Part shown: in pieces, positions 10,843-20,075 of the stretch
How positions within the stretch are numbered: the stretch's first letter is position 1
How the letters are laid out: the number at the start of each line of letters is the position of its first letter
From: Cenarchaeum sp.
GTDB taxonomy: Archaea > Thermoproteota > Nitrososphaeria > Nitrososphaerales > Nitrosopumilaceae
Reading direction: 5' to 3'
DNA length: 64,000 nt
NCBI GenBank assembly: GCA_965242695.1
Contig: CBDESU010000001.1
Location: 1,088,001-1,152,000 of the forward strand
Program-made: the position numbers and the translations under genes
Notes under the pieces: generated by a model
Told to the model about the DNA's origin: nothing
The model's input: only the letters and a program-made list of their open reading frames with translations
The model's database searches: none

Positions 10843-11901
10843 GTGAGCGAAGACGGCAAGGAGGAGCACGAGCTCCCGCGCATACGCCTAAGCTACATCA
10901 CGGGCCCCGACGACGGCCCCGACGACGGCCCCGAAGAGGGGCGCGGCGGGGAAAGAGAGGGAGGCGGGCTGCCAGACCTCGCATCCTGCAAGGAGGCCGT
11001 CCGCCGCGACCCGGCCAGCATCAAGGCCCGCATGGAGCTCGCCACGGTCCTGCTCGCGTCCGGGCGCCTTGCCGCCGCGATCGCCGCCCTCGACGAGGCC
11101 GTGCGGATCGACCCGACCGGCGCCGAGGCGAACGCCATGCACGGCGCCGCGCTCCTGCGCGCCTCCAAGAGCGCCGAGGCCGAGCGCGCGTTCGGGGCCG
11201 CCGTCGCGGCCGACCCCGGCTACATCGCGGCCCACATCGGCCGGGCCGTCTCGCTCATGGGCCTCGGCAGGTACGCCGACGCGTCAGAGGCGTTCGCCGA
11301 GGCGGCGCGCAACGATCCCAAGAGCATCGATGCCAGGATCGGGCGCGGCGATACGCTGATCGCAACGGGCCGCCGCGACGAGGCCCTCGCGTCGTTCGAC
11401 GAGGCGCTGCGGATCGACCCCGGCAACGCGATGGTACACGCAAGGAGGGGCCGCGCGCTGCTCGAGACGGGCAGGCCCAGGAAGGCGCTCGCCGCGTTCA
11501 CGAGGGCCGCGCGGGCCGAGCCGAGGCTCGTCGATGCCCACATCGGGAGGGGCCATGCGCTGCTCGGGCTGGACAGGTACGAAAAGGGGCTTGCGGCATT
11601 CACGAGGGCGGCCCGCATTGACCCGCGCAGCCTGCCGGCCCACATGGGGCGCGCCGAGGCCCTCAGCGGCCTAGACCGCCCCGAGGGGTCGCTCGCCGCG
11701 CTAGACAGGGCCGCGGCCGTCGAACCGCAGTCGCCCACCGTCATCTCTGCGCGCGGAGGGGTGCTGTACGGCATGGGGCGGGTCGACGAGGGCATTGCGG
11801 CGCTCGAAGAGGCCGCCCGGCTCGCCCCCGACGACAAGTACCTTGCAAAGGTGATCGAAGAGCTGCGGCGGAGGAAGAAAGAGGGCGTGGCCGGGACTTG
11901 A
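10843..11901 (+). CDS. Tetratricopeptide repeat (TPR) protein
   Basis: 34-aa periodic repeats (AHIGRG.AL..LGR..EAL.AF..A.R.DP), 352 aa. Confidence 0.92.
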   Translation: MSEDGKEEHELPRIRLSYITGPDDGPDDGPEEGRGGEREGGGLPDLASCKEAVRRDPASIKARMELATVLLASGRLAAAIAALDEAVRIDPTGAEANAMHGAALLRASKSAEAERAFGAAVAADPGYIAAHIGRAVSLMGLGRYADASEAFAEAARNDPKSIDARIGRGDTLIATGRRDEALASFDEALRIDPGNAMVHARRGRALLETGRPRKALAAFTRAARAEPRLVDAHIGRGHALLGLDRYEKGLAAFTRAARIDPRSLPAHMGRAEALSGLDRPEGSLAALDRAAAVEPQSPTVISARGGVLYGMGRVDEGIAALEEAARLAPDDKYLAKVIEELRRRKKEGVAGT

Positions 11902-12056
11902 GCCGCGCGCGGATGGGCGGCCCATGCGGCCCGCTCGCGCAGAGTGTGATGCGGGCCTATGAAGTGTCCGAGGGGCCTAGCCGCGCGGAATTCGCACGGC
12001 CCGCGATCGCGCCAGGGCGGCGGATCGCGGCGCAGGTTGGAGCGGCCGGCGGGCCG

Positions 12057-12308
12057 TCAGCCGCAGGGGCTATCTCGCCTGACAAAGTCGAACGTGCGGT
12101 GCGCGTCCGCGGCGGCATCCCCCGGCCGCCCCTTTTCCACGCCGGCGCCGCCTTCCGCCCCGCCGCCCCGGTCCGGGAACAGGTGGTCGGTACGCTCCTT
12201 GGCCACCCTCATGGCCTCGACCTGCTCCGGCGTCGGCCCGCGCCGGAGGGCCGCCGTGACCGTTTCCCATTCCTCCTCCGTGAGCGACCGCACGTACCGC
12301 ATCCTCAT
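12057..12308 (-). CDS. Small protein, DUF1778/TacA-antitoxin-like C-terminal motif
   Basis: LTEEEWETVTAALRRGPTPEQVEAMRVAKER; paralogous to 27554..27733. Confidence 0.5.
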   Translation of the reverse strand: MRMRYVRSLTEEEWETVTAALRRGPTPEQVEAMRVAKERTDHLFPDRGGGAEGGAGVEKGRPGDAAADAHRTFDFVRRDSPCG

Positions 12309-12457
12309 GCGCCGGGGCGGCGCGCGGCGCCTATTATGCGTTGCCTGTGCATTCTGTGATATAGGGAGTAGGCATCCGAGGGGCGGCCGCGGAATCGCCC
12401 GGCCGATGCGCGCCGCAGAGGCGGCGGCACAAGGGCCGTAACGCGCCCCCCTCCGCT

Positions 12458-12477
12458 CCGCACCGCATAAATCCGCC
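12458..12477 (+). promoter_or_regulatory. TPR-gene promoter motif (copy 2)
   Basis: Exact 20-mer; ATAAAT 28 nt before ATG 12495. Confidence 0.75.
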
Positions 12478-12494
12478 CCTCCCGTCCCATCCCC

Positions 12495-13565
12495 ATGGCG
12501 GGCCCGGGCAGGGGAGGGGACGGCGGGAAAAAGGGCGGAGAAAGGGGCTCCAGGCCCCGGCGCCTGAGCCTGTGGTTCGGCATCGGCGGCGACCACGAGC
12601 GCCTGCTCAAGAGGGAGGGAAAGGGAATGGGGCCGCCGAACCTTGCCGCCAGCGAAGAGGCCGTCCGGCGCGACCCGGGCGACGTCGAGGCGCGCATAGA
12701 CCACGCCACGGCCCTGCTCGGCGCCGATCGCTGCGACGACGCGATCGCCGCCCTCGACGAGGCGCTGCGCATCGACCGCACGAGCGCCGGGGCGCACGCC
12801 CTGCGCGGCGGCATCCTCATGAACACGGGCAGGGCCGCCGAGGCCGTGCGCTCGTTCGAGGCCGCCGCCGAGGCCGATCCCCGCATGGCCGAGGCCCATA
12901 TCGGGCGCGGAGGATCCCTCATGAAGCTCGACAGGAACGAGGATGCCGAGGGTTCGTTCGCCGAGGCGGCCCGGGTCGAGCCGTCGAATCCGGACGCGCA
13001 CATCGGGCGCGGCGATGCGCTCAACGCGATGGGCCGCGGCGCCGAGGCCGTCTCGTCGTACGCCGAGGCGGCCCGGATCGAGCCGGGCAGGGTCGCGCCC
13101 CACGCAAAGATGGGCCATGTTCTGCTCGAGTTGGACAGGCACAAGGGGGCGCTTGCCGCGTTCGGAAGGGCCCTTAGGATCGAGCCGGGCCTGGTAGAGG
13201 CCCACGTCGGGAGGGGCCATGCGCTGCTCGGGACGGACAGGCCCAAGAGGGCGCTCGCCGCGTTCAGGAAGGCCGTGCGGCTCGATCCGGACAGCGGGGC
13301 GGCCCACTGCGGGCACGCCGAGGCGCTCTGGCGCCTCGGCCTCCCCGAAGAGGCGCTTGCCGCCGTCGACAGGGCCGTCCGCCTTGATCCTCGCGAGCCG
13401 GTCGCGCACTATGTGCGCGGCGGGATACTGTACGGCACGGGCCGCGCCGGCGAGGGAACCGCCGAGCTGGAAGAGGCGGCCCGGCTCGACCCCGACGACG
13501 GGCACATTGCAAGGACGCTCTACATGGTGCGGCGCAGGGACGGGAAGAGGGTGCAGGGGCAGTAG
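12495..13565 (+). CDS. TPR protein
   Basis: 34-aa TPR repeats, 356 aa, paralog of 10843. Confidence 0.92.
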   Translation: MAGPGRGGDGGKKGGERGSRPRRLSLWFGIGGDHERLLKREGKGMGPPNLAASEEAVRRDPGDVEARIDHATALLGADRCDDAIAALDEALRIDRTSAGAHALRGGILMNTGRAAEAVRSFEAAAEADPRMAEAHIGRGGSLMKLDRNEDAEGSFAEAARVEPSNPDAHIGRGDALNAMGRGAEAVSSYAEAARIEPGRVAPHAKMGHVLLELDRHKGALAAFGRALRIEPGLVEAHVGRGHALLGTDRPKRALAAFRKAVRLDPDSGAAHCGHAEALWRLGLPEEALAAVDRAVRLDPREPVAHYVRGGILYGTGRAGEGTAELEEAARLDPDDGHIARTLYMVRRRDGKRVQGQ

Positions 13566-13890
13566 CGCGGCGCGCGGCGGCCGCGGACCGGCGGCCCCGC
13601 TCCGGGCAGTTCCGCCCCGGCCGCCATGCCCGCGATCGATCGCGCAGCCGCTGCAACCGCCTCCATGCCCCCCAAGCCCGGCAGGAATAAGAGGGCATTC
13701 AGCCTCATGGGCCGCCCCGCCCGAAAAGGCCGAATATGCGGGGCGCAGCGGCTGCCCTTCCCCCTTCTCCCCGCCCTGTCCCTGCCGCCGCCTGTCCCGG
13801 CCGCCCGGCCCGCGGGCGGCGGCGCGCGCCGCGCCGCACCGCGCCGCGCCGCATCCCATGAAAGATGCTCCCCCTGCTCCTCCCAGCCGC

Positions 13891-13910
13891 CCGCACCGCA
13901 TAAATCCGCC
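13891..13910 (+). promoter_or_regulatory. TPR-gene promoter motif (copy 3)
   Basis: Exact 20-mer; ATAAAT 29 nt before ATG 13929. Confidence 0.75.
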
Positions 13911-13928
13911 CCCTCCCGCCACGCCCGC

Positions 13929-14993
13929 ATGGGAGGCGCGGCGGAAGGCGGAATAGGCGGAAGGCGGGCCCCGCGCGTGGCCATGACGATCGGCATCGGC
14001 GTCGAGTCCGAGCGCCCGGACACGGCGGCCGAAAAAGGGGACGGACGGCCCGACCTTGCCGCCTGCGAAGAGGCCGTCCGGCGCGACCCGGGCAGCATCG
14101 GCGCCCGCATGGACCACGCGGCGGCCCTGTCGAGCGCCGGGCGGCACGGCGATGCGCTCGCCGCCGCCGACGAGGCCCTGCGCATCGACCGTACGAGCGC
14201 CGGGGCGCACGCCCTGCGCGGCGCCATCCTCTTCAACTCCTCCAGGTACGCAGACGCCGTGCCCGCGTTCGAGGCCGCCGCCGCGGCCGACCCGGGCGAG
14301 GCCGCGCACCACATGGGGCGGGCAATGGCATGCACGGGCATCGGCCGCCGCGCCGATGCGATAGAGTCGTTCGGCGAGGCGGCCCGGCTCGACCCGTCTA
14401 GCGTGGATGCGCGCAACGGGCTCGGCATCGCGCTGTCCGAGGAGGGCCGCCATTCAGAGGCCCTTGCGGCGTACAGGGAGGCGCTGCGGATCGACCCGCG
14501 CAACCCCGTGTCCAACACAAAGAGGGGCGACATACTGGCCGGCAGGGGCAGGCACAAGGGGGCGCTTGCCGCGTATACGAGGGCAGTGCGGGCCGAGCCA
14601 GGGCTGGCCGAGGCCCACGTCGGAAGGGGGCGCGCGCTTGTCGGCCTGCGCAGGCCCAAGAGGGCGCTAGCGGCGCTTGCGAGGGCGGCGCGGCTGGATC
14701 CGGACAGCGCCGCCGTCCACGCCGTCCGCTCAGAGGCGCTCCTTATCCTCGGCCGGTACGAGGGGGCGCTTGCCGCCATCGACAGGGCCGCGCGCCTGGC
14801 CCCGGGCGACGGGAGCGTGCACTTTGCGCGCGGCGTCGTGCTGCTCGGCATGGGGCGGACCGCCGAGGGCGGCAGGGAGATCAAAGAGGCCGCGCGGCTC
14901 AGCCCCGACGACAGGAACATTGCAAAGGCGCTCGGCATGCTTCGGCCCGGGGGACAGGAGCGCATAGGCCGGCGCCGGGCCTCTCCCCCCTAG
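13929..14993 (+). CDS. TPR protein
   Basis: TPR repeats; start chosen at the in-frame ATG downstream of the motif. Confidence 0.9.
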   Translation: MGGAAEGGIGGRRAPRVAMTIGIGVESERPDTAAEKGDGRPDLAACEEAVRRDPGSIGARMDHAAALSSAGRHGDALAAADEALRIDRTSAGAHALRGAILFNSSRYADAVPAFEAAAAADPGEAAHHMGRAMACTGIGRRADAIESFGEAARLDPSSVDARNGLGIALSEEGRHSEALAAYREALRIDPRNPVSNTKRGDILAGRGRHKGALAAYTRAVRAEPGLAEAHVGRGRALVGLRRPKRALAALARAARLDPDSAAVHAVRSEALLILGRYEGALAAIDRAARLAPGDGSVHFARGVVLLGMGRTAEGGREIKEAARLSPDDRNIAKALGMLRPGGQERIGRRRASPP

Positions 14994-16245
14994 CGCGCAG
15001 CGGCGCCCCTTCGCGCCGCCGCCGCAAGCCGGGTGATCAGCTCCCTTTCCGCGGCCCGAAAGCCGCAGTCCGCGTCGCGCCAAAAGCCGCGCCAGGCCTC
15101 GTTGAGAAGGCCGGCGACCGTGTCGCCGCCCGATCCGCCACGTTCCCGCCCCCCGCCGGAGTAGCCGCGCAGTCCCGCCCGCCCGAACGTCGGGAGTATG
15201 GAGGCGGCAACCTCTTGGAGCAGCTCGGACGGGAAGGCGTGGCCGTACCCGGGCGGCGGGCTGCCGCACAGCTGCGCCATCGCGCCCCATTCCGCCCTGA
15301 TGCGATCCGCCTCTGGCTCGTGCCCGAGCAGTCGCATCCCGGCGTCGAGCAGGCGCATCCTGGCCTCGCCGGAGGGGTGGTCCTGCTCGGACAGCGGCCT
15401 GAGCTCGTAGATGTCCAGGTCAGTCTTGGTAACGAGGTGCAGGTTCGAGTGCGCGTATGCAGGCCCCGCCGCAAACAGGGCAAAGAGATCGCAGAACGCC
15501 TCCTGTATCCAGATAGACTTCCACCGTGACCACATCCACTCCACACCGTCCCGCGTCAGCGCCGGATCCGGCCCGCACTCCGTCTTGCCCACAAGCTGCG
15601 AGTACCGATCATCGACGACGCCAAGCGCGCCGTCCGTGCCATCCATGATGGGCTCGCACCCGGCTCCACGATTTACGTGGACGAACAGCAGGTGCCCCAT
15701 CTCGTGATAAAAGTCAGGCATGTGCAATAGGAACGCCGCCTCCGAGAACGGGACATGCACGGTATTGGTCGCCGGATGCGCAAAGTAGTACTCACCCGAC
15801 GTACACGATACCGCCGGACAGGGAAACGGCAGGCCCACCTCGCCGTGCATCGCGGACAGGACATCGTTGAGGAACACTGCCCGCTCCGTCTGGCAGTGCA
15901 GCGGCGGCATGCAGTACCCGTCGACCGCTGTTATTACCCTGGTGCAACCTTTCAGGATCCGCAACGCCTTGGCGCCAGCGCCACCCGTACAGCCGTTGAC
16001 AAGCAGGTCGTCAGCCCGTTCCAACATGCTCGACTGCCGCTCCAGTGTCACTATAGTCGCGGCGGCCAGGCGTTCCAGTGCCGCATGCCGCCGCCGCCGC
16101 CGGCCGGCGCCCTGTACATGGACCCGGTCGCGGCGGCCAGGCGTTCCAGCGCCGCATGCCGCTGTCTGTCCGGAATTGCGGCCCTCAGGTACTCGGCCCT
16201 GTCGATCTGCTCGCGGATGGCGCACCTCAAGTAGCGGGTGCTCAT
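14990..16245 (-). pseudogene. HEXXH zinc metallopeptidase-like gene, frameshifted by a 71-nt insertion near its 5' end
   Basis: FYHEMGHLL...QEAFCDLFA...DHPSGEAR (HExxH / ExxxD / HP). Duplicated segment at 16056 and 16127. Removing 71 nt gives 1185 nt, the same length as paralog 34147..35331. Confidence 0.7.
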
Positions 16246-16649
16246 CGTCTGTACATCTTCCCGTGCAGGGACGCGCACAAGTTGTCGAGGGCATCCGAGA
16301 CATCGCCGAGGATCGACACGTCCTTGCCTGACAGATCAACCCTGCCGCCCGTGCCTTCCTCGAGCCTAGTCTCGACGGACAGTATGCCGTCCCTTATGCC
16401 CGGCCAGCCCTCGCGGTGGCGGAGGCGCAGAAACTCGGACATCTCCTCGCCGTTGATTCCCAAGGTGAAGTAGGTCCGCCCGCGGAGGTGACGGCTCAGC
16501 GGTGCAAGTACGGCCAGTAGGCTCTCGGCCTCGTCCTGCCGCTCCACGAGGCCGCCGCGCGACTCGATCGCCTCCAAAGCGGTGAGGTACGGATCGAGTA
16601 GATTCGTAGCGCAGTGGAGGTTGGTGCCGAGCGCGCCCATGATGCTCAT
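16242..16649 (-). CDS. Hypothetical 135-aa protein (copy 1), ATGA-coupled to the HEXXH gene
   Basis: Three 408-nt paralogs; its stop overlaps the downstream ATG. Confidence 0.75.
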   Translation of the reverse strand: MSIMGALGTNLHCATNLLDPYLTALEAIESRGGLVERQDEAESLLAVLAPLSRHLRGRTYFTLGINGEEMSEFLRLRHREGWPGIRDGILSVETRLEEGTGGRVDLSGKDVSILGDVSDALDNLCASLHGKMYRR

Positions 16650-16863
16650 CGTCCGCAGCCCCCCAACTCTAATGCCCCCACGCTGCGCCGGCCCGCCATT
16701 GCACGCAGGCGCACGGGGGCCATTTTTAAAGCTGTCGATATCGCACTACACGCGGCGGCCAGGCGTTCCAGCGCCGCATGCCGCTGTCTGTCCGGAATTG
16801 CGGCCATCAGGGACTCGGCCCTGTCGATCTGCTCGCGGATGATGCGCCTCAAGTAGCTGGCGC

Positions 16864-17271
16864 TCATAGTCTGTACATCTTCCCGAACAGGGACTCGCAC
16901 ACGCTGCCAAGGGCATCCGAGACATCGCCGAGGATCTACACGTCTTCGCCGGAGAGCTCCATCTGTCCGCTGGATCCCCCTTCGAGCCTGGCCTTGACGG
17001 ACAGTATGCCGTCCCTTGCGGCCGGCCAGCCCTCGCGGCGGCGGAGGCGCAGAAACTCGGACATCTCCTCGCCGTTGACGCCGAGTGAAAAGTAGGTCTT
17101 TCCATTGAGATGGCAGCTCAGCGGTGCGAGCACGGCCAGTAGGCTCCTGGCCTCGTCCGGCCTCCCCACGGAGCCGCCGCGCGACTTGATGGCCCTCAAA
17201 GCATCACGGTATGGCCGGTGCAACCGCGTGGCGCAGTTGAGGCTGGTACCGAGCGCGCCCATGACGCTCAT
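16864..17271 (-). pseudogene. Hypothetical 135-aa protein (copy 2) with premature TAG at 16936-16938
   Basis: Colinear 408-nt paralog with an in-frame stop; followed by a truncated HEXXH-gene 5' end (16646..16867). Confidence 0.7.
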
Positions 17272-17484
17272 AGGCCGCCACCGCCCAACTCGAACGCATT
17301 CATGCCGCGCCTGTCCGCCATGCTGCGCAGGCGCACAGGGCTGTTTTTAAGGCCAGTGACAACGCCCTGCATGCGGCGGCTAGACGCTCGAGTGCCGCAT
17401 GCCGCTGTCTGTCCGGAATTGCGGCCCTCAGGGACTCGGCCCTGTCGATCTGCTCGCGGATGATGCGCCTCAAGTAGCGGGCGC

Positions 17485-17892
17485 TCAACGCCTGCGCATC
17501 TCCCTGAACAGGGACTCGCACACGCTGTCAAGGGCATCGGAGATGTCGTCGAGGATCGACATATCCTCGCCGGATAGGGCCGCCCGACCGCCGGCGCCCT
17601 CTTCAAGCCGTGACTTGACGGAGAGTATGCCGTCCCTGATTCTAGGCCAGGCCTCGCGGTGGCGGAGGCGCAAAAGCTCGGACATGTCATCGCCGTTGAT
17701 GCCCAGTACAATGTAGGTCTCCCCCTTGAAGTGGTGGCACAGCGGCGCGAGCACATCCAAGAGGCTCTTGGCTTCGTCCGGCCGCTCCACGAGGCCGCCG
17801 CGCGACTCGATGATCTCCAAGGCCGAGATGTATGGATCGAGTAGCTTCGTGGCGCAGTGGAGGTGGGTGGCGAGCACGCTCATGCCGCTCAT
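17485..17892 (-). CDS. Hypothetical 135-aa protein (copy 3)
   Basis: Paralog (LGINGDDMSELLRLRHREAWPRIRDGILSV); followed by a truncated HEXXH-gene 5' end. Confidence 0.75.
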   Translation of the reverse strand: MSGMSVLATHLHCATKLLDPYISALEIIESRGGLVERPDEAKSLLDVLAPLCHHFKGETYIVLGINGDDMSELLRLRHREAWPRIRDGILSVKSRLEEGAGGRAALSGEDMSILDDISDALDSVCESLFREMRRR

Positions 17893-18914
17893 TGCCCGCC
17901 GCCCCCGAGCTCGAATGCCGTCGTGTTGTGCCGGCCCGCCATTGCGCGCAGACGCATTGCGGCCACTTTTACCTCTGCCGGATGGCGCGAACGGCTGTAG
18001 GATCCCAAAAGTAGTTCACCCCCCCCCCCCCCACTCGCGCCTGTGGAGGATTTTTAGCCGATCGAGGTGCCCCGTGTCGGAACTGGGATCACAGGCCCCT
18101 GCTAGCGCCTATGCACGATTCCAGACTTTTCGTCCACCACCTCCACCCCCCTGGATGGCATCCCGTAGACACAGGCCATGGCGGGCGTCTCGCCCTCGTC
18201 AAGCGGCATGCCGTCTAGCTCGCAGCCGCACCCGTACGCCGGCCTCGACACGGCGTCCCGCGGGCCGTCCGCGCGGCGGAACGGCCCGCCCACGGGGGGA
18301 AGGCCCCGGGCATGCCAGACCCGGCCGCCGTCCGCGGCGGCGACTCGGACTCGAACTCGTGCTGGCGGCGCGCGACCGCCCCGTGGAACCGCCAGACCTT
18401 GCCGTTTGTCCGGGGGAGGCGCGATCCATAGCCAGACATGCCGCATGCTCGGGCGCCCCAGCGCGGCCTCGAAGGCGGACTCGCCGCGCCTGCGCCCTCG
18501 TCCCCGTTCGCAGAGCCGCGAGCCGCGGCAGGACATGATCGAGGCCGGGCGGGCAGGCCCGCCGTGCCCTCGCGCAGGACGGCCATTGCGATGCCGCAGC
18601 GGCATCCTTGGCGGCGCCAAATGCAACCGTGCGGCGCGGGACGCCGCCCTCGCACGCGATGGGACGCCGCCCGTCGAACAGCGGCACAAGGTCCGCGTGC
18701 CACATCATCCTCGAGTGGCCTCACACCCACCGCAGCCGCATCCTCCCCCTGCTGCAGTGTACCAACTTTTGCACGCCGTCGCCGGCATCCAGGACGGCGA
18801 GTATTGTCCCGCGGAGATGCAAAGCTCGTGCTGCCTCGTTATCCTCCCCGCCCATGCGCGCCGCAGCGGCGCTCGCTCCCCCTCCAGAGGCCGGAAGCGT
18901 ACTCCCCCCCCCTC

Positions 18915-18934
18915 CCGCACCGCATAAATCCGCC
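18915..18934 (+). promoter_or_regulatory. TPR-gene promoter motif (copy 4)
   Basis: Exact 20-mer; ATAAAT 29 nt before ATG 18953. Confidence 0.75.
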
Positions 18935-18952
18935 GCGTCCGGCCCTGCCCAC

Positions 18953-19906
18953 ATGGGCGGCCCCGACGAAGGCGGCGGCGAAAGGGACGGCGGCAGCGGC
19001 AGGCCCCCGCGCGTTCGCATGTGGTTCGGCACCGCCGCCGACCACGAGCGCCTGCATAGGATTCACGGGGAGGGCAAGGAGAAGGCAGGCACCGACATCG
19101 CCGCCCGCGAAGAGGCCGTCCGCCTGGACCCCGGCAGCGCCAACGCCCGAATGTACCTGGCCCTGGCGCTGCTCGGCAGGGGGCGCCACGACGACGCGCT
19201 CGCCGCCCTCGACGAGGCGCTGCGGATCGACGCGACCAGCCCCGATGCGCACAGCATGCGCGGCGCCATCCTCGTGAACACGTCCAGGGCCGCCGAGGCC
19301 GCGCGCGCGTTCGAGGCAGCCGCCGCGGCCGATCCCGGCAGCGCCGGGGCCCACATCGGGCGCGGCACGTCGTACATGGGCCTCGGCAGGCACGAGGATG
19401 CCGCGGCGGCGTTCGCAGAGGCGGCGCGGGCCGACCCGTCGAGTCCGGATGCGCGCATCGGGCGCGGCGATGCGCTGGTCTGGATGGGCCGCCGCGCCGA
19501 GGCCCTCGCAGAGTACGTCGAGGCGCTGCGGATCGACCCGCGCAGGGTCGCTCCCCACGCAAAGATCGGGCGCCTGCTGCTAGAGGCGGGCAGGAACAGG
19601 AGGGCGCTTGCGGCGTTTGGCAGGGCGGCGCGGCTGGAACCCGACAGCGGGCCGGCCCACTGCGGGCGCGCCGAGGCCCTCGAGCGCCTCGGCCGCCACA
19701 GGAGGGCGCTTGCGGCGGCCGACAGGTCGGCGCGGCTGGATCCGCACGAGCCGGCCGTGCACTTTGTGCGCGGCGTAGTGCTGTTCGGCATGGGGCGGGC
19801 CGATGAGTCGATCGCCGCGCTCGAAGAGGCTGCCCGGCTCGACCCCGACGACGGGAACGCGGCCGGGGTGCTCGAAGAGGTGCGGCGGAAGACGGGGCGC
19901 GCGTAG
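18953..19906 (+). CDS. TPR protein
   Basis: TPR repeats; closest to 12495 (MWFG...DHERL). Confidence 0.9.
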   Translation: MGGPDEGGGERDGGSGRPPRVRMWFGTAADHERLHRIHGEGKEKAGTDIAAREEAVRLDPGSANARMYLALALLGRGRHDDALAALDEALRIDATSPDAHSMRGAILVNTSRAAEAARAFEAAAAADPGSAGAHIGRGTSYMGLGRHEDAAAAFAEAARADPSSPDARIGRGDALVWMGRRAEALAEYVEALRIDPRRVAPHAKIGRLLLEAGRNRRALAAFGRAARLEPDSGPAHCGRAEALERLGRHRRALAAADRSARLDPHEPAVHFVRGVVLFGMGRADESIAALEEAARLDPDDGNAAGVLEEVRRKTGRA

Positions 19907-20037
19907 GCGGGCAGGGGCGGCGCTGCCGTCCGCCGCACCCTTCCTTCCGTGCCGCCGCCGCGCATGCTGGACTGCGCCGCAGGGGGCATGCCGCGCCCGT
20001 TCCGCCGGCTATGCGCCCCGCATCGATGCCCCCAGTT

Positions 20038-20057
20038 CCGCACCGCATAAATCCGCC
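20038..20057 (+). promoter_or_regulatory. TPR-gene promoter motif (copy 5)
   Basis: Exact 20-mer; ATAAAT 29 nt before ATG 20076. Confidence 0.75.
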
Positions 20058-20075
20058 ATGCCAGGCCCCGCCCTC

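Noticed and set aside
16936-16938. In-frame TAG as possible recoding (pyrrolysine)
   Set aside because: The paralogs have TCG here, so a single C>A nonsense change explains it; no pyl genes were seen.
18100-18860. Possible decayed minus-strand gene
   Set aside because: Patches look coding but frames are broken and no family motif is recognisable.
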